Below are positions 25,071-37,225 of a stretch of DNA of 64,000 bases, in pieces (positions within the stretch are counted from its first letter, which is position 1; every line of letters begins with the position of its first letter). Below the pieces are notes generated by a model. It saw only the letters and a program-made list of their open reading frames with translations, was not told the DNA's origin and did not search any database. The DNA comes from Patellaria atrata CBS 101060 (taxonomy: Eukaryota), in contig MU006110.1 in assembly GCA_010093705.1 (NCBI GenBank), positions 265,680-329,679 on the forward strand. Reading direction: 5' to 3'. A program made the position numbers and the translations under genes.

Positions 25071-25140
25071 ATTTGTCGCTCCCATTCGCACTGAAGCGAT
25101 TGGGCTCCGACAAGGCCGGAGTTGTTTTCCCGCAACGAAA
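25048..25140 (+). tRNA. Intron-containing tRNA-Glu-like pseudogene
   Basis: Acceptor TCCGTTG/CAACGAA, A-box TGGTCTAGTGG, anticodon stem TGTCG/CGACA around a ~22-nt intron. The loop reads CCC (CTC in the 37467 copy) and the T-loop is degenerate (GTTGTTTTC instead of GTTCGATTC). Confidence 0.7.
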
Positions 25141-25558
25141 AATTTATTTACACAGGTTTACTCCCTCAATTTTTACTTGGCTATCTCTCTTTTACTCCCG
25201 GGATGGAGTAAGTGTAGGCGGTCGGTGTTTTAATACTGTTGCTGTGTTTATTTTATGAGTTTTTATCCATGTATGAAGTAATCCGCAAGATTAGCCATCA
25301 TGGCCCGCTTCTTCCAAGGGGGAAAAGTAGTGGAATTTAATGTGACTGCTTATATTCTGTAGTCGGTTGGCGCGGAGTACTGATGTGTACGAGTTAGGAT
25401 TGTGTTTATGGTCCGTGCATGCACAGGCGAGGCAACCTAGGCAATAAACACAACTACGCCAGCGACAAGAAAGTTCAAGTCATCTACAATGAACCTCTTT
25501 ATTATTGCTTGCTCTCTGTTTTGTCGCCGTTACCCTTAACCTCTTCACCATCTCAGTC

Positions 25559-27154
25559 ATGGAGCGTGCAGACGCATGGTTGACAGTGACGTTCGCTGCA
25601 GGCAGCGATATCGAGCCACCGCCTTTGCCTAACATACCCGCAGACTACCTGGCGAAGCCTCGCAGGAAGCGCCCAACCTCTGCTCTTCTTCCCTCGTCCC
25701 ATCCTCGCATCATTTCTCTTCCTAAACGCAAACACACGACGCTCGCCGAGATTGACCTGCCCAACGAACCGCTCCCATCGCCGACCGAAGAGCCGTCTCC
25801 TTCCCGCTCCAAGCGTCAACGAGTAGTACGAATACCCAATATGAGGCATCAGTCTCAGTCACCGTCAAAACAGAAATACCCGGCAAGGAACAAAGCACAG
25901 GCTGGTGAAAATGCCTTCGATCTTGACGCCGCACCAAGACGACCTCGTCGTACCAACCCTAGACCTGCCAAAGTCTTGAGCGAGACAGTTATGCCAAGAC
26001 TGACGCCAGGCGTATCTGAAGGTGAAAATGAAGACTGGAACCAGCCAGATTCGTCCGTCACTGAATCAGCCGACTCGAGAACTTCAAAGCGATCCGTTAG
26101 CCCCACTAAGAGAATGGTTGACCTCCGGGTTGCAGACAAGAGGGTTTTACAAAAAAGCGTCCGTTCGCAATCGGATGTGCCGAGAGATGTGCAAGAACTC
26201 TATAGAAAGGTCCTAAGTTTAACCACATTTGCACGTAGCATTATTCCTAAGGGAATTGAGGTACGAGTTCTCTTCAACTTTGTCCACCCACTTACTCACA
26301 TTTAGTGATCAGGATGAAGTTGAAAATGCTTGCGGTGGTATTGAACCTTTTGATATTGTTTTGGTCTCGGAGCAAGAGGAAGATATTATAGACAAGGAAC
26401 GATTGCTGAATGAGCTCAAAGTTGTCAAGGACGTTCGGGATGCGACTTCATTCTGCAAAGCTAAGCACGTCCATGAGCCCACATGGAATGAGCGCGTTCA
26501 CAGTCGAATTCTGCAGCAAGCTGTGAAGCACCTCCCGGGCCTTGAATACCACAATATTACCACCGCACGGGTGATCAAGGGACTTGTGCCTGCCAACAAA
26601 TACGGTGAGGAGTTGAAGAAGAAGATAGTTGATTATGCCATCACGCTTCAAGATCCTCTTATCGCTGAAGAGCATATCACCCGCCGATTGGCCTCTTCAA
26701 CTGGAAGACTCTATAGAACGATCAACCCTTCAGATTACTCTCCGCTCTGTCACGAGCCTATTGCTGTTAGCATCGAGACCAAAACACCAGATGGCTCCAG
26801 AGAGAAAGCTTTAGTACAGCTTTCTATCTGGGTAACTGCTCACTTTAATCGCTTGCGTGCTCTTGCACCTGATCCCATCACCGTTACTCTTCCCCTAATC
26901 TTTGTTTCTGGCGAGCATTGGGAGCTGATGTTTGCACGGGACCTGGATGACTGTATTGTATGTGGGCCAATCGTTGTCTGCTTTGTCACCAACTAACACA
27001 GCTATTGCAGGAGATTATTGATGGTATGATTATCGGAAGTACGGGGACCATCCTTGGTTGCTACAAGATTCTTACTGCTTTACGTCACCTTTGCGGTTGG
27101 GCTTTATCAACATTTCAGCGTTGGTTCGTCGACAACGTTCTCACGCCGGAATGA
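25559..27154 (+). CDS. Fungal PD-(D/E)XK nuclease-like protein (PDDEXK_12-like), apparently intact; exons 25559-26260, 26313-26957, 27011-27154 (496 aa)
   Basis: In-frame GT-AG splicing; HEPTWNERVH, KIVDYAI, PIAVSIETK, QLSIW, LPLIFVSGEHW, IGSTGTILGCY. Confidence 0.85.
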
Positions 27155-27439
27155 AATGCATCCATTCGATACTCGCTCATCACTTTGCTACTCCAGCGGT
27201 GTCGCTGAGTCAGATCTTAAAACCACGATTTACTTACGGGTTCGTGCGAGATAGTCGAGATTTTCGCTTTCAGGTGTGTAACATCGTTGTTGTACAGTAG
27301 AGACGCTTCAGACTAACCGCATCCAGTTGTTAACTGTTTTAAAGGGGCCGGGTGGAAATAACACCTTTCGGCAGTTTCCACAAGGCTTCTCAAATTGGGA
27401 CCCAAGTCTTATACTGTCAGAACATCATGATGTATGCTG

Positions 27440-28572
27440 ATTAGGGTGACCAGTTATTGTTGTTCTTCAAGACAGATTTTCTGTAGTCTTCTGAAAACTA
27501 TTTGGCTATTAATCAATGTTCGGATAACTTGGGAGCTTGGATGTCCTTCTTCCTGCTCTTTTCTCTCCCTTGCCAAATCTTTTAGTACTGCAAAAATCTA
27601 TGCGTTCATGATCTCAATACCGTCTCCTATATCCCAGTTCCAGGAAGAATCTACGATATGTACCCCTCTACGGCTGGCGTAAAATTATATGCTTGCTCTT
27701 CTAAAGGCTGAACCGGTACGGGTCCGAATCATCGATGTATTGTGCACATCACAGACATCCAGCCCCTGCGATTCCCTAGGACATTGTTAAGGTATTAATA
27801 TTATCATTCTCTCCTTCACTCCATATGCTCCGTTATTATCGATTCAAATCTGTAAGGTTGGTAGCTGCACTGAAATATGGGGTAATATCACTTGATTGAT
27901 AATTGTAGAGACAAGTCCTATCCATATACTCAACAACGTCAACTGTATCAACTTAGAGGTTTGAACCGTACTGTTGGAGATACGTTTTGTACTCGCCAGA
28001 CGAGTGATCCAAAGCTATTAGTTAAACATTCCGCTCGAATGCAATACTGAACACTAACACGACCGCTACGCATGGAGTGCTTAGCTTTACGACTGCCATC
28101 CCACTCATGGCCGAACCTCACTTCTACCATACCGCAGTCGCTGCTTAACCCAACCGCTGTTTTTTCCCAACCATCGAGTAGAAAGCCTACTTAGGAACAA
28201 AGACCCCTAGAACCTATTATACTAAGGTTTTATCCTCCTTCACTAACTACCAACCCCCTTTTTCCATCTACGAGCGGCCCACCTAGCTTAAATTCTAGTC
28301 CGTCGACTATACACGACGTTCGGTTAAGCTGGAATAGTACCTCGCTTACTATAGATAATGTTGTACCGTACGAGCTTAGAGTGGAACCTATCCTTACCGT
28401 AATGAGGTGGGCGTACTTCCAAAGCGAACCGCTGGTGGGGCGTTAACATCTGTACCAGCAGTAAGAAGGGTTTGGACCACCTCATGTTAGGTCTCCCGGA
28501 GACGTGCTGTAGAGCGGTGCTTCCTAGTAGCGATAAATTAGGGTCCCCTTTTGCATTCTGACACTCCCGCAT
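27440..28572 (-). pseudogene. Heavily degraded gene relic containing an ankyrin repeat
   Basis: GSTALQ followed in a shifted frame by HEVVQTLLTAGTDVNAP (~28430-28530); many stops. Confidence 0.45.
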
Positions 28573-28964
28573 GATAACATGGAAATCCGGATTCTATTGC
28601 GCCCAGAAAAAGCTTTTCTGTAGATGCTTCTACTTTCGGACTCCGCATCGGTAGTAGGGGCCTAAGTGCATCAGTGCCAAAGGCTATGATTGATCACAAA
28701 TTGTAAAGATGGCAATAGATTGTAAGTTGAAGGAAAACTTGTGTATATAAGGAGGAGTATCCTCCAGCATTGCACATTAGAATAGTAAGTCAGTCAATAT
28801 ATTTTATCCTTTGCTTACAGTACCTAATCATCCATAGCTATACTCCCTCCCATCTTATTCTAAAAGAACAAAATACTTCTCTACGTGGCTTTATTCAGTA
28901 TTTGGCAACACGCTTCTAGAACTAAGTTTTAACGTGTATGAGAATGCTTCTTGAAGTTAGTCAT

Positions 28965-29951
28965 TCACTCTTCAGCTCTTGCAGCTAATCCGAGCTGAGA
29001 AAGCATTATACTTGGTCCCAGCTCCTTCAGATGATCCAGTTGAGTTTCTTTCATCAGCCATACAGAACCCATCATACCGGCAGTATTTGCTGTTGCACCA
29101 TGGTATTGAATGTTCCTGCGGGGGATTGAAATGATCCACTCTTTTGTTAACATAACGTTGTGAGAGCAGATCGGGTTCTCGTCCAATAACCCTAAGAGCT
29201 CTCTGGTTTGCTTAAGTAATCCTTCATAGACTTCAAACAGGTCGCTAGCGGTGATCGTTTTCTCTGAGTGTTGCTCCGAAAAGTATTTCAAAGAGTATCG
29301 GAATGGCACATTTTCCGGCTTCACTTGGTCCGTGTCGGGAAAGAAGCAAAAACCGCTCTTAGGATCAGGCATAGGGATGATATGCAGGTGTTTATGATCC
29401 CTGCTTGCCCCAGCTACTACAGTGCAGTTAAACATAGCATAATGAGGTGACTTCAAGCTATTCAGAACAGTCCATGCGGCATCGATGTCCTGGAGGGATA
29501 GCGGCTCATGTTGACGACGGTAAGAATCCGCCGTGAGGAGCAACAGATGCGGTCGGAAGAGAGGAAACTTGTTGATTACGAGTAAATGAGTATCTCTCAC
29601 AGTAGTGATAAGCAGGTCCGGGTGTGAATTAGCAATATCACTTCCCGGTCCGAAGCAAACCGGCCTGGAATCAACAGCATCCGGCAGTGTCTTCTCGGGA
29701 GATTTGAGCTCCTCTTCTGCCTGTGGCTTTCCGAGCAAAGAATGACTTATTCGGAACTCGAACTAGACATGCAGTTAGGCTCTGATCCTATTATTGTTTC
29801 TCGCTACCAGTATGTAAGCATGGGGGAAACACACAGGATATCCCCCGTCAACCAAATGTAATATGTTTGGAGGGCTGTAATTGATCACGCCCTGTGCGGC
29901 TAATGAATCGAATTTCAAGAGAATGCTGTCGTAGTCAACAGTCAACACCAT
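28965..29951 (-). CDS. Ap4A phosphorylase / ATP adenylyltransferase-like protein (Apa1/Apa2 family, HIT superfamily); exons 29951-29835 and 29762-28965
   Basis: FEFRISHSLLGKP, LLVINKFPLFRPHLLLLT, QHEPL, MFNCTVVAGASRDHKHLH, HNVMLTKEWIISIPRR, NTAGMMG. Confidence 0.85.
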
Positions 29952-31062
29952 ACTTGACAGAGAACGTGATGTTCGAGAATTTTAGAGAATCAAGATGGGA
30001 AGATGGGGGTTGTTGTTGTCGGACGAGGCTGCGAGACTGTTGGATGAGAGCAGCTTAGGCTCGCTTACGGATAAGTGTTTACTGACCGAGCTGAACGATG
30101 GGACGGAACTCTAGATTGGAACACTTCTCAGACCTTACGAGACCTATCTCCGACAGTACGGAAGGTACTACCGTTTCGGTATTGCTTATTGTATATAATG
30201 TAGTGATCTCTCAGTGTTTTGCCAATCAAGCGACATACTCCGTGTACCTGCAGATCAATTATTCTCCCAGAGTCCCGATAGAGGGGTTAGGTCCACCTCC
30301 CCCAACAACGGTTGGTTTACAGTATCGAGTCCAAGACATCCATTCTGCACAGAGTCTTTTTCCCAACTTTATCTTTTCATTTCAATCGTTGCGGTGTTTA
30401 TCTACGACACTGCGTATGCAGCCTACACATGTAGGGTTATGGCGCTACTCTTTTATCTACATAATCCTTTTCGTAGGGCAGTAATATGTCTACTGGGAGC
30501 TATCTTTGACTTGTGGTCAAACATTTGTGAACCCGAATGCAGCTGGATCACGGGCAGAGTTCCCCTATTCCCTCACAACCCCCAATTTCATGCGAGCTGA
30601 GACCAGAAAGGTGTACTTCGTCCCTTACTGGTTGATGACCGTCAGTATTACCCCTTGTTGTAACTTTGCGAGCATAACAACCGGGTCTAGGTTCTTTTTG
30701 GGGGGAAGACCAGTGACGAGGCTTCTATTGACACACATGTTTTCGCTTATCCTCTACTCTCTTTCTGCAACCCTCCTCTCTCACAACACCTTGGCAATTG
30801 AGCATTGGGGGCTAAAACTCTCCATCCGGTAATACACCCCCTGCGATACGCCTCCCGCGATACGCCTCTGCGATATCTTACGCGACTTTCCAGCAAGGAG
30901 AGATGAGGCTCAAGCGCGCGCAAAAATACATAAAGAGATGGGACGCGGGTAATCCTTCTCCATTATTAATTATCCTTGAATGTTCTATTTCTACTAACCA
31001 TTATCTGTTACCTTACTTTTCGATCTTTATCTCTCCATCTTTACTTTATCTAAAAGTTCATC

Positions 31063-33163
31063 ATGAGTACCTCAGAAAAAAAAGGGGTTGATGTCCAGAC
31101 AAGTGAAATAACCTTTTCTCGCCTAGAAGCATCGCTTGCGAAGGCTGAGGTGGTGCCACGACCGAACTCACGAGAAATGAAAGATGTCAATCGTCACGCG
31201 AAACCAGAAGATATAGATGTGAATGAACTTGACTTTGATTATGATCTTGATTCAAGTCATTACCCACTTGGGAACGTGCGATCTTTGCAGCAGGTTTTCA
31301 GTGCTGTTCAGCATCAACAGCACCTTTCCAAGAAAGAGAACTTTTCGGACTACACAGCAATTGAATGCTTCAGTATAACTAGCAGTGGTGGAGGTGAGCT
31401 ATATTGCTTAGCACGACAAATGTATTTCTCAGTCCATAACGAAAGACAGAATGGCAAAACTTAGACGAAGCGCGTCTTCGAGATTTCCTTGAGGTGTGAA
31501 ATGCCTTTTCTTTTCAAGATAAAAGCCTCTAGGTATGAACAACGTCATGATACCAACTTCCACACTTCTAGGCCACTGCAAAGGTAGAAGAACCACGCAT
31601 CTCACCCACTGCCAGTATGAATCGGAATGGAAGGAGGATGCTGCTCTTGTAAGGCCCTCATGCTCTCACACATTTTTGGGTCTAACCATCTAGCCTTGTT
31701 CCGTTAACGCCAACACCTCACACGTCTTTTGGAAATCGAATTCCGATGACTCAAGCGAGTGTATCTCATCTCTTCCACACGTTAGGGATTCATTCATTGT
31801 TCCTTTTGAATTTACTGGGCCGACCAGATTACTGGGCACCCCAGACGCACTGGGAAACAGCCGAAGGAGGAGATTTTGTAGCATGCGGTAAGTTGATATA
31901 TACTTCTCCAGTTCAAGGATATGGGTACTAAGAGAACCTCTATGCTAGACTTTTTCTGCCAGCACCCGCGATGGAACCTGCAGGTGCAAGGAGCACCGCT
32001 ATCGGTCTATATGCGTTTTGATGCTACTAGGGAGTTGATAACATATATCGTTTCGCACAAAGTAGGAGACACAAGCGTCAAAACGCTTAAGAATATTATC
32101 GACATCTCGATGCGAACGGCTTCTGGGAGTACAAAGAATGTTATGTTCCTAGATGATCCGTTTGACTTCCACACCATTCTTTCCGTATTATCATTTGAAG
32201 CGTCCAAATTTCACGTAAAAAGATTTCAACGGTTCATGTGGACACAGGTAAGTGATTGCATCAAACAAAATTAGTCCTTCAGATGACATGGGCTAATCAC
32301 GCTTTACCACACAGATCAACAAAGTTGACGACCATCTCGGAGGCCTCGAAAACAGTGATAGAGCTAAGCTGCGAGATTTGACGAAAGAGCTTCAGATTAT
32401 CTCTCAGAATGCCGATTCACACATTGGTAACGCGGATGTGGCGATTATAACAGCGAGGGGGATCCGAAGTGCCCATGCTAGGATCCATGTTGCCATTTCC
32501 AGCTCTGCATCAACATACCAGCGAGTAACAGACTCCATAGAATACATTATTAAGTCCATGGAAAAACAGAAGATTTGGTTCCTGAACTACAAGAACCGTA
32601 AAGACAGCACCATGAGTCTTGTGTATAACCTTGTCACTCAAGAAGACGCTGCCAACAACATCCGGCTTTCGCATGAGATGAAGCGCGATAGTACAAGTAT
32701 GAATGCAATTGCTGGTCTTACTATGGTATTCCTACCTGGGACATTCACAGCGGTAAATCCAACATATCTCTCCTAGTATAAAAATCGACGCTAATATACA
32801 TAGACTGTCCTGGGCGCGGGAATTTTCTCCGCGGTAGCTGGGACCAACAATGTCCGCGTTTCGGGTATCTGGTGGCTCTGGATTGTGCTGACCGTCCCAC
32901 TCACTCTTATCGTGATGGCTTGTTGGTGGTACTATAAGTATACAAAGGAAAGACCGTATAAGGCCCAAATGGCTGCGATAGCTGCCGCAAAGCGAAAAGA
33001 AGAGGCAGGCGATACTGAAGAACAAATGGGAAAGAGCAGCGCAGTTTCCTTTCTTAATGAAGTTAGAGCGGCCCGGCCCATCGGTAATTTGTCATTAAGG
33101 GGCTGGTCTTTTGCGAGTTCAAGGAAGAAATCTGCAGGTGAAAGTCTTCAAGATAGAGTCTAG
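31063..33163 (+). CDS. Multi-exon CorA-like fungal protein with two C-terminal transmembrane helices
   Basis: Helical stalk ending NLVTQEDAANNIRLSHEMKRDSTSMNAIAGLTMVFLPGTF, then a second TM (WWLWIVLTVPLTLIVMACWW); several GT-AG introns. Confidence 0.75.
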
Positions 33164-33989
33164 AAAAAAGCGAAATTCGGTTCGATATCAAAGCAATCGT
33201 TACAACCGTCTCTTATTGTAACAAGACCTTAATACCGAGAGGTATATGTCGCAACCAGGTCTGCATACTCATCGCATCCTACCTATATGCAGCATCAATC
33301 TATTCTTTGAATACGGATTCAATGGCTCTATCTATGAATAGTCTCTAGTAACTATATTCTAGCTATCCAGCTATCTAGTCAAGATGCTATTTGCACTCAA
33401 GACAAAAGCGAGATAGGAAAGGTTTCAGTGCTAAGTTAAGTTTGAAGACATTCTGCAGCGTGGTCAACAATTCTTCTTCGGTATTAAAAACTACTTAAAG
33501 AATACTTTGCTTATTTTTAGACGTTTGGGGAAGATTTGATTATACTGCAGACTTGCCACTCCTCATACATTTGATGATTATAATACTTTGTTATAATTTT
33601 TGTACTACTTACGCAAACCTCCATTACTTAAAAGAAAAATCAATATCTCTTACCAAAAGAATGGAATTTTTAAAATTAAAAAAATTAAAAAATTAAAAGT
33701 ATCGTCACAGTCACGACTTCTAGCAAAATGATGGCCGAGCCGCGCCACCGGACACGCCATTACGGGAGCATCCTTTCTGCGGCTATGAAATAGAGAAAGT
33801 AGCGAGAGTTGATAACACAGTTGGCGTTGTAAATCATTGCCCTCGGTTGTGGCGATGCTACCGAATTGAGGTTCCCTCACCATGTGCTGTTACTTGGGGT
33901 ACAGTGCGTGAAGCTGGGGTAATACCCAACTTGCGGCTCGGCATCATCCCAGCCCTCACGTCTCTCACCAGAGATCCACAGCTTCTATC

Positions 33990-34462
33990 ATGACGGCGCA
34001 TACGTCTAAACTCTCTATCGAAAAGTGGCTTGAGACGTTTTCCAATGAACTTCCCGATCCTCTTTTGACACCTGCGCAACTGTTTACACCGTCGTCATTA
34101 TGCTGGAGTCCGTCGACCTCCACTTTGTCAGTCAAACGAAAGCGGAAGAGAAACATGCCCGAAGATCGATCATAGAGCTCTAAACAGCCCCAACGGAGGT
34201 CGCACGATGACGATGACATATTTCGCAACGATGGTGCTTCAGGTGTAGGAATAACAGTATTATTGGAGAGGACAAAGCTATCAGGGCCATCGCATTTTGC
34301 GGGATCAAGTCCGAAGCGCGGAGCAAGACTTACTGCCGCCGATACGGGAGATATGTATGGAGATTTCAAGCTGTTGCGATAGCGAAAAGAGCAGCTGAGT
34401 TTGCGTCTGACGAGTATTGGTCGTGGCTGAATTACGAAGTATTGACGCCTTTGCCTTAGTTG
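33990..34462 (+). pseudogene. Possible 5' remnant of another PD-(D/E)XK-like gene, cut by a solo LTR
   Basis: SIEKWL start, KRKRK and SPKR.. organisation resemble the N-termini of 8793 and 25559; contains stops. Confidence 0.35.
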
Positions 34463-34660
34463 TGATAAAATCCACACAGGTATGAGCTAAGGTAGTAGAT
34501 AGAAGGGTAAGAGTGTTCATTGATTGTCTACTATCTGGAGTGGGTGCCTGTGCTATCTTATAGTATTGCCTGCTTAACCATCTCACTTATCCTGGTCCCC
34601 AACCATCTGATATCCAGCCATCTGATATCCAGCCACCTTGCGTGACCCTCAATTTCACCA
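34463..34660. mobile_element. Solo LTR (family C)
   Basis: Reverse complement of 14168-14365; TSD AGTTG. Confidence 0.9.
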
Positions 34661-34999
34661 AGTTGTGATGGCTGAAATCCGTACTAAGAAAGAAGTCAAA
34701 CGTTCCGCCGTTATAGTTGCACGTCTCAGGACTAATTTTAGGCTTAATTGCTGAGGATCTGTAGGTGCGTTTATTGTGCTTTTCTGCTCTTGTTCTCCCG
34801 TGGATTTATCTTATCGGGTTCTCAGCGCATCCGTCGGTCGTGATGTGCACACGGCTCCCTTTGGTGAATACGCTTCCACGCCAAACTTCTCCCTCGTCCC
34901 TGCCCATGGAAACTGACGATATCGCTTCGCAGCTGCTCCAGGTGCCGGCCTGAATAACTATACTATAAATTGTTATTACTCCATAGAATAGTCTAAGGT

Positions 35000-37044
35000 T
35001 TTCTAGGTGTGAGTAAGAGTGCGCCTCCCAGATTATTTTATTATCAATATATCCTGCGCAACTGTAGCAGAAGTACTGTCGATCCGGTATTGTTAAATCG
35101 TTCGGAATATAGTGCTCGGTTATTAAGTGGGCAATACGCTTTTGCCGAGCATATAAGAGTAAGTGCTTACTCTTTCGCGCTTTTCCGGCGCTATCATAGC
35201 TTGATTAGTTTTCACGTGCTATTGGCGTGTAGGAGAGAAATTTCACCTTGCCAAATCCGTATCGCAGTTGAAACAATTACCCTTATCATTAGGCTTCGCC
35301 TCAGGGTACCATACACCTCCGTTTAAGGGAGAAGACATCACTATCATCGGTTCGAGTATAGACCTCTCAGTAACAAGAGGAGCCCCTTTTAAGTTATATA
35401 AGGCATCGATGAGCTTAGCCCGTTAAGGCTCGTATCTCAAAACTGTCTGCATAAGTATATGTTCCGTTCGTGAAGGGAGAAGTATATCCGAAGCTTCGAT
35501 ATCCCCATCAAACTGGTGGTCATCTTGAACCATATCCGACTGAGGGATGCGATTGAAATGGGCTGAACGAGCTTCACGGAACTGGTCTCGGCGCATGCGA
35601 CTAATATCTGCACGCCTCCTTTCGGCGGTGGTCACGGTAGGTATCGCGATAGGCCTACGTCTCGGGGCCGTTAGGTCGGCGCCGTGGGGTGGCGGTGCGT
35701 TAATATCCCTCTCCAGAAGCATTGTTCTTGAGAAATCGAAAAGTTTTGCGCGCTGAGGCAAACCACGCATGATCGATTGGCCATCCACTACCGACTTTCG
35801 GGAAATATAGGCCTGAAAAGTGTCATCATTTATATGTCCCATGCGTTATCTCCTTTGGGCTGTAGTTGCGGCTTAATCAAGCTTATTTGCGAAACCACGT
35901 CTAAAGTAGTATGCGGATATAGGGTCTTTATATCCTGCTCTCTACCCAAGGGCTCGGAGTTGCCCTCCACAGCTTTTATGCTTCAAAATCTGCGTCTCTG
36001 ATATAAGGCCGGACGGTGTGATAGCTCGTATAATAGGAATATCCCTCATTCAGGTTTAGCTTCTAAGGTAATTGCGGCTCGGGAGGCCGGAACCTAGATC
36101 GTATTAAAGGCCGCTAGATTCGGAAGCGCAGTATAAGCTTAATCCGCAATCGCTAGAGCTAAGAAATGTGTGAAGACGCAAGTCGCTTTATCGGCTATTA
36201 GAGTTAGAGTAATCTCTAGGCTACTTAAGTTATTAGCTTATAGGCATTTACGAACTATGTTTAGGATCTAGCAAGATTACCTATCTAGTTTGAACCTACG
36301 ACCCTTCTAATTGCGAACTACTACACTTATAGTCCAAATTGCTCCTTTGGACGTAGTTATAGACTTAGTGAGAGTGATATCTTTATAATATAAACCCTCA
36401 TTACTCTCTAGCCAGCATCTCGACTCGATTAGTTCGCCAGGGCGGAGGCCTAAATCACTAAGTAGAAGAATTATAAAGTGAAGCTGGATCCGACAGCGAG
36501 GGTGTACGTACTCGAAGGTATCGAATATCCATAAATACTTGAGTAGATCCTTCGTGACGGGATACGATGCCATAGGTTTCGGTTAACATTTACTTAATAC
36601 CCCTAATCTTTCTCGAATATCTATGTGAATATAGTCGGTGATTAAGTCGATTTCTTTCCGTCCAAATTTATAGTTATGCTCAAGGAAAAGGAGTAGTTAT
36701 ATCTCTCTCCATACCCTTTCCAAAGTACGGATGGTGACTTTCTATTCGATTTGCCCCGGGTATTTCGAACCTAGAAATGGAGAAAAGCCTTTATTTATGA
36801 AAGTGCAGGAACTTCCGAGAGAGGTACATCTATATAGCGCGTGTTCGGTAGATATTAAATAGCATATCTATTCTATATATTAGCTATAGAAACTATAACT
36901 TAGAACAAGAATATACTATTGAAATCGACGGCGAAGAAGGTCGAACTTCTCCTTTAAGTAAGGACGAATAACGGGCTATACATTATCGTCGTTCGTAGCT
37001 TCCGTCCTGAGGATCTCGTTGATAAAATTATCCTCGTCGTCCAT
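35000..37044 (-). pseudogene. DUF3435-type tyrosine recombinase (Starship captain-like), inactivated by RIP-like stops
   Basis: Ordered catalytic signature GLRPGE (R), RN*KGRR (K), YYFRRGFAN (R), RMGH (H), FQAYIS (Y), then VDGQS..GLPQR and WYPEAKP..GNCFNC; FEYVHPRCRIQL upstream; ATG at 37044; many TAA/TAG stops; 3' end approximate. Confidence 0.85.
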
Positions 37045-37225
37045 GTTAGGTAACACACTTGAGCAGATGAATAGAGAAAGAAACGATAGAAAGGAGTAAA
37101 ATAAAGAGAACTTCAACGAAATTTATCAGAATATAAGGTAAGAAAGTTAAGGAGACGAGGAAACGCGATAGAGAGATATAGCGAGGGCGAAGTAGGCACC
37201 CCTATCCTTCCTGAGAATTGCTCTA

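Noticed and set aside
25048..25140. Functional tRNA-Gly(CCC)
   Set aside because: The body is Glu-like, the T-loop/B-box is destroyed and the acceptor stem is mismatched; called a pseudogene.
30656..30788. Possible short solo LTR (TGTTG...CAACA)
   Set aside because: No clean TSD and no second copy in the window.
14168..34660. A 20-kb element or inversion bounded by 198-bp inverted repeats
   Set aside because: Separate intact TSDs (TAGAA, AGTTG) show independent insertions with no recombination between them.
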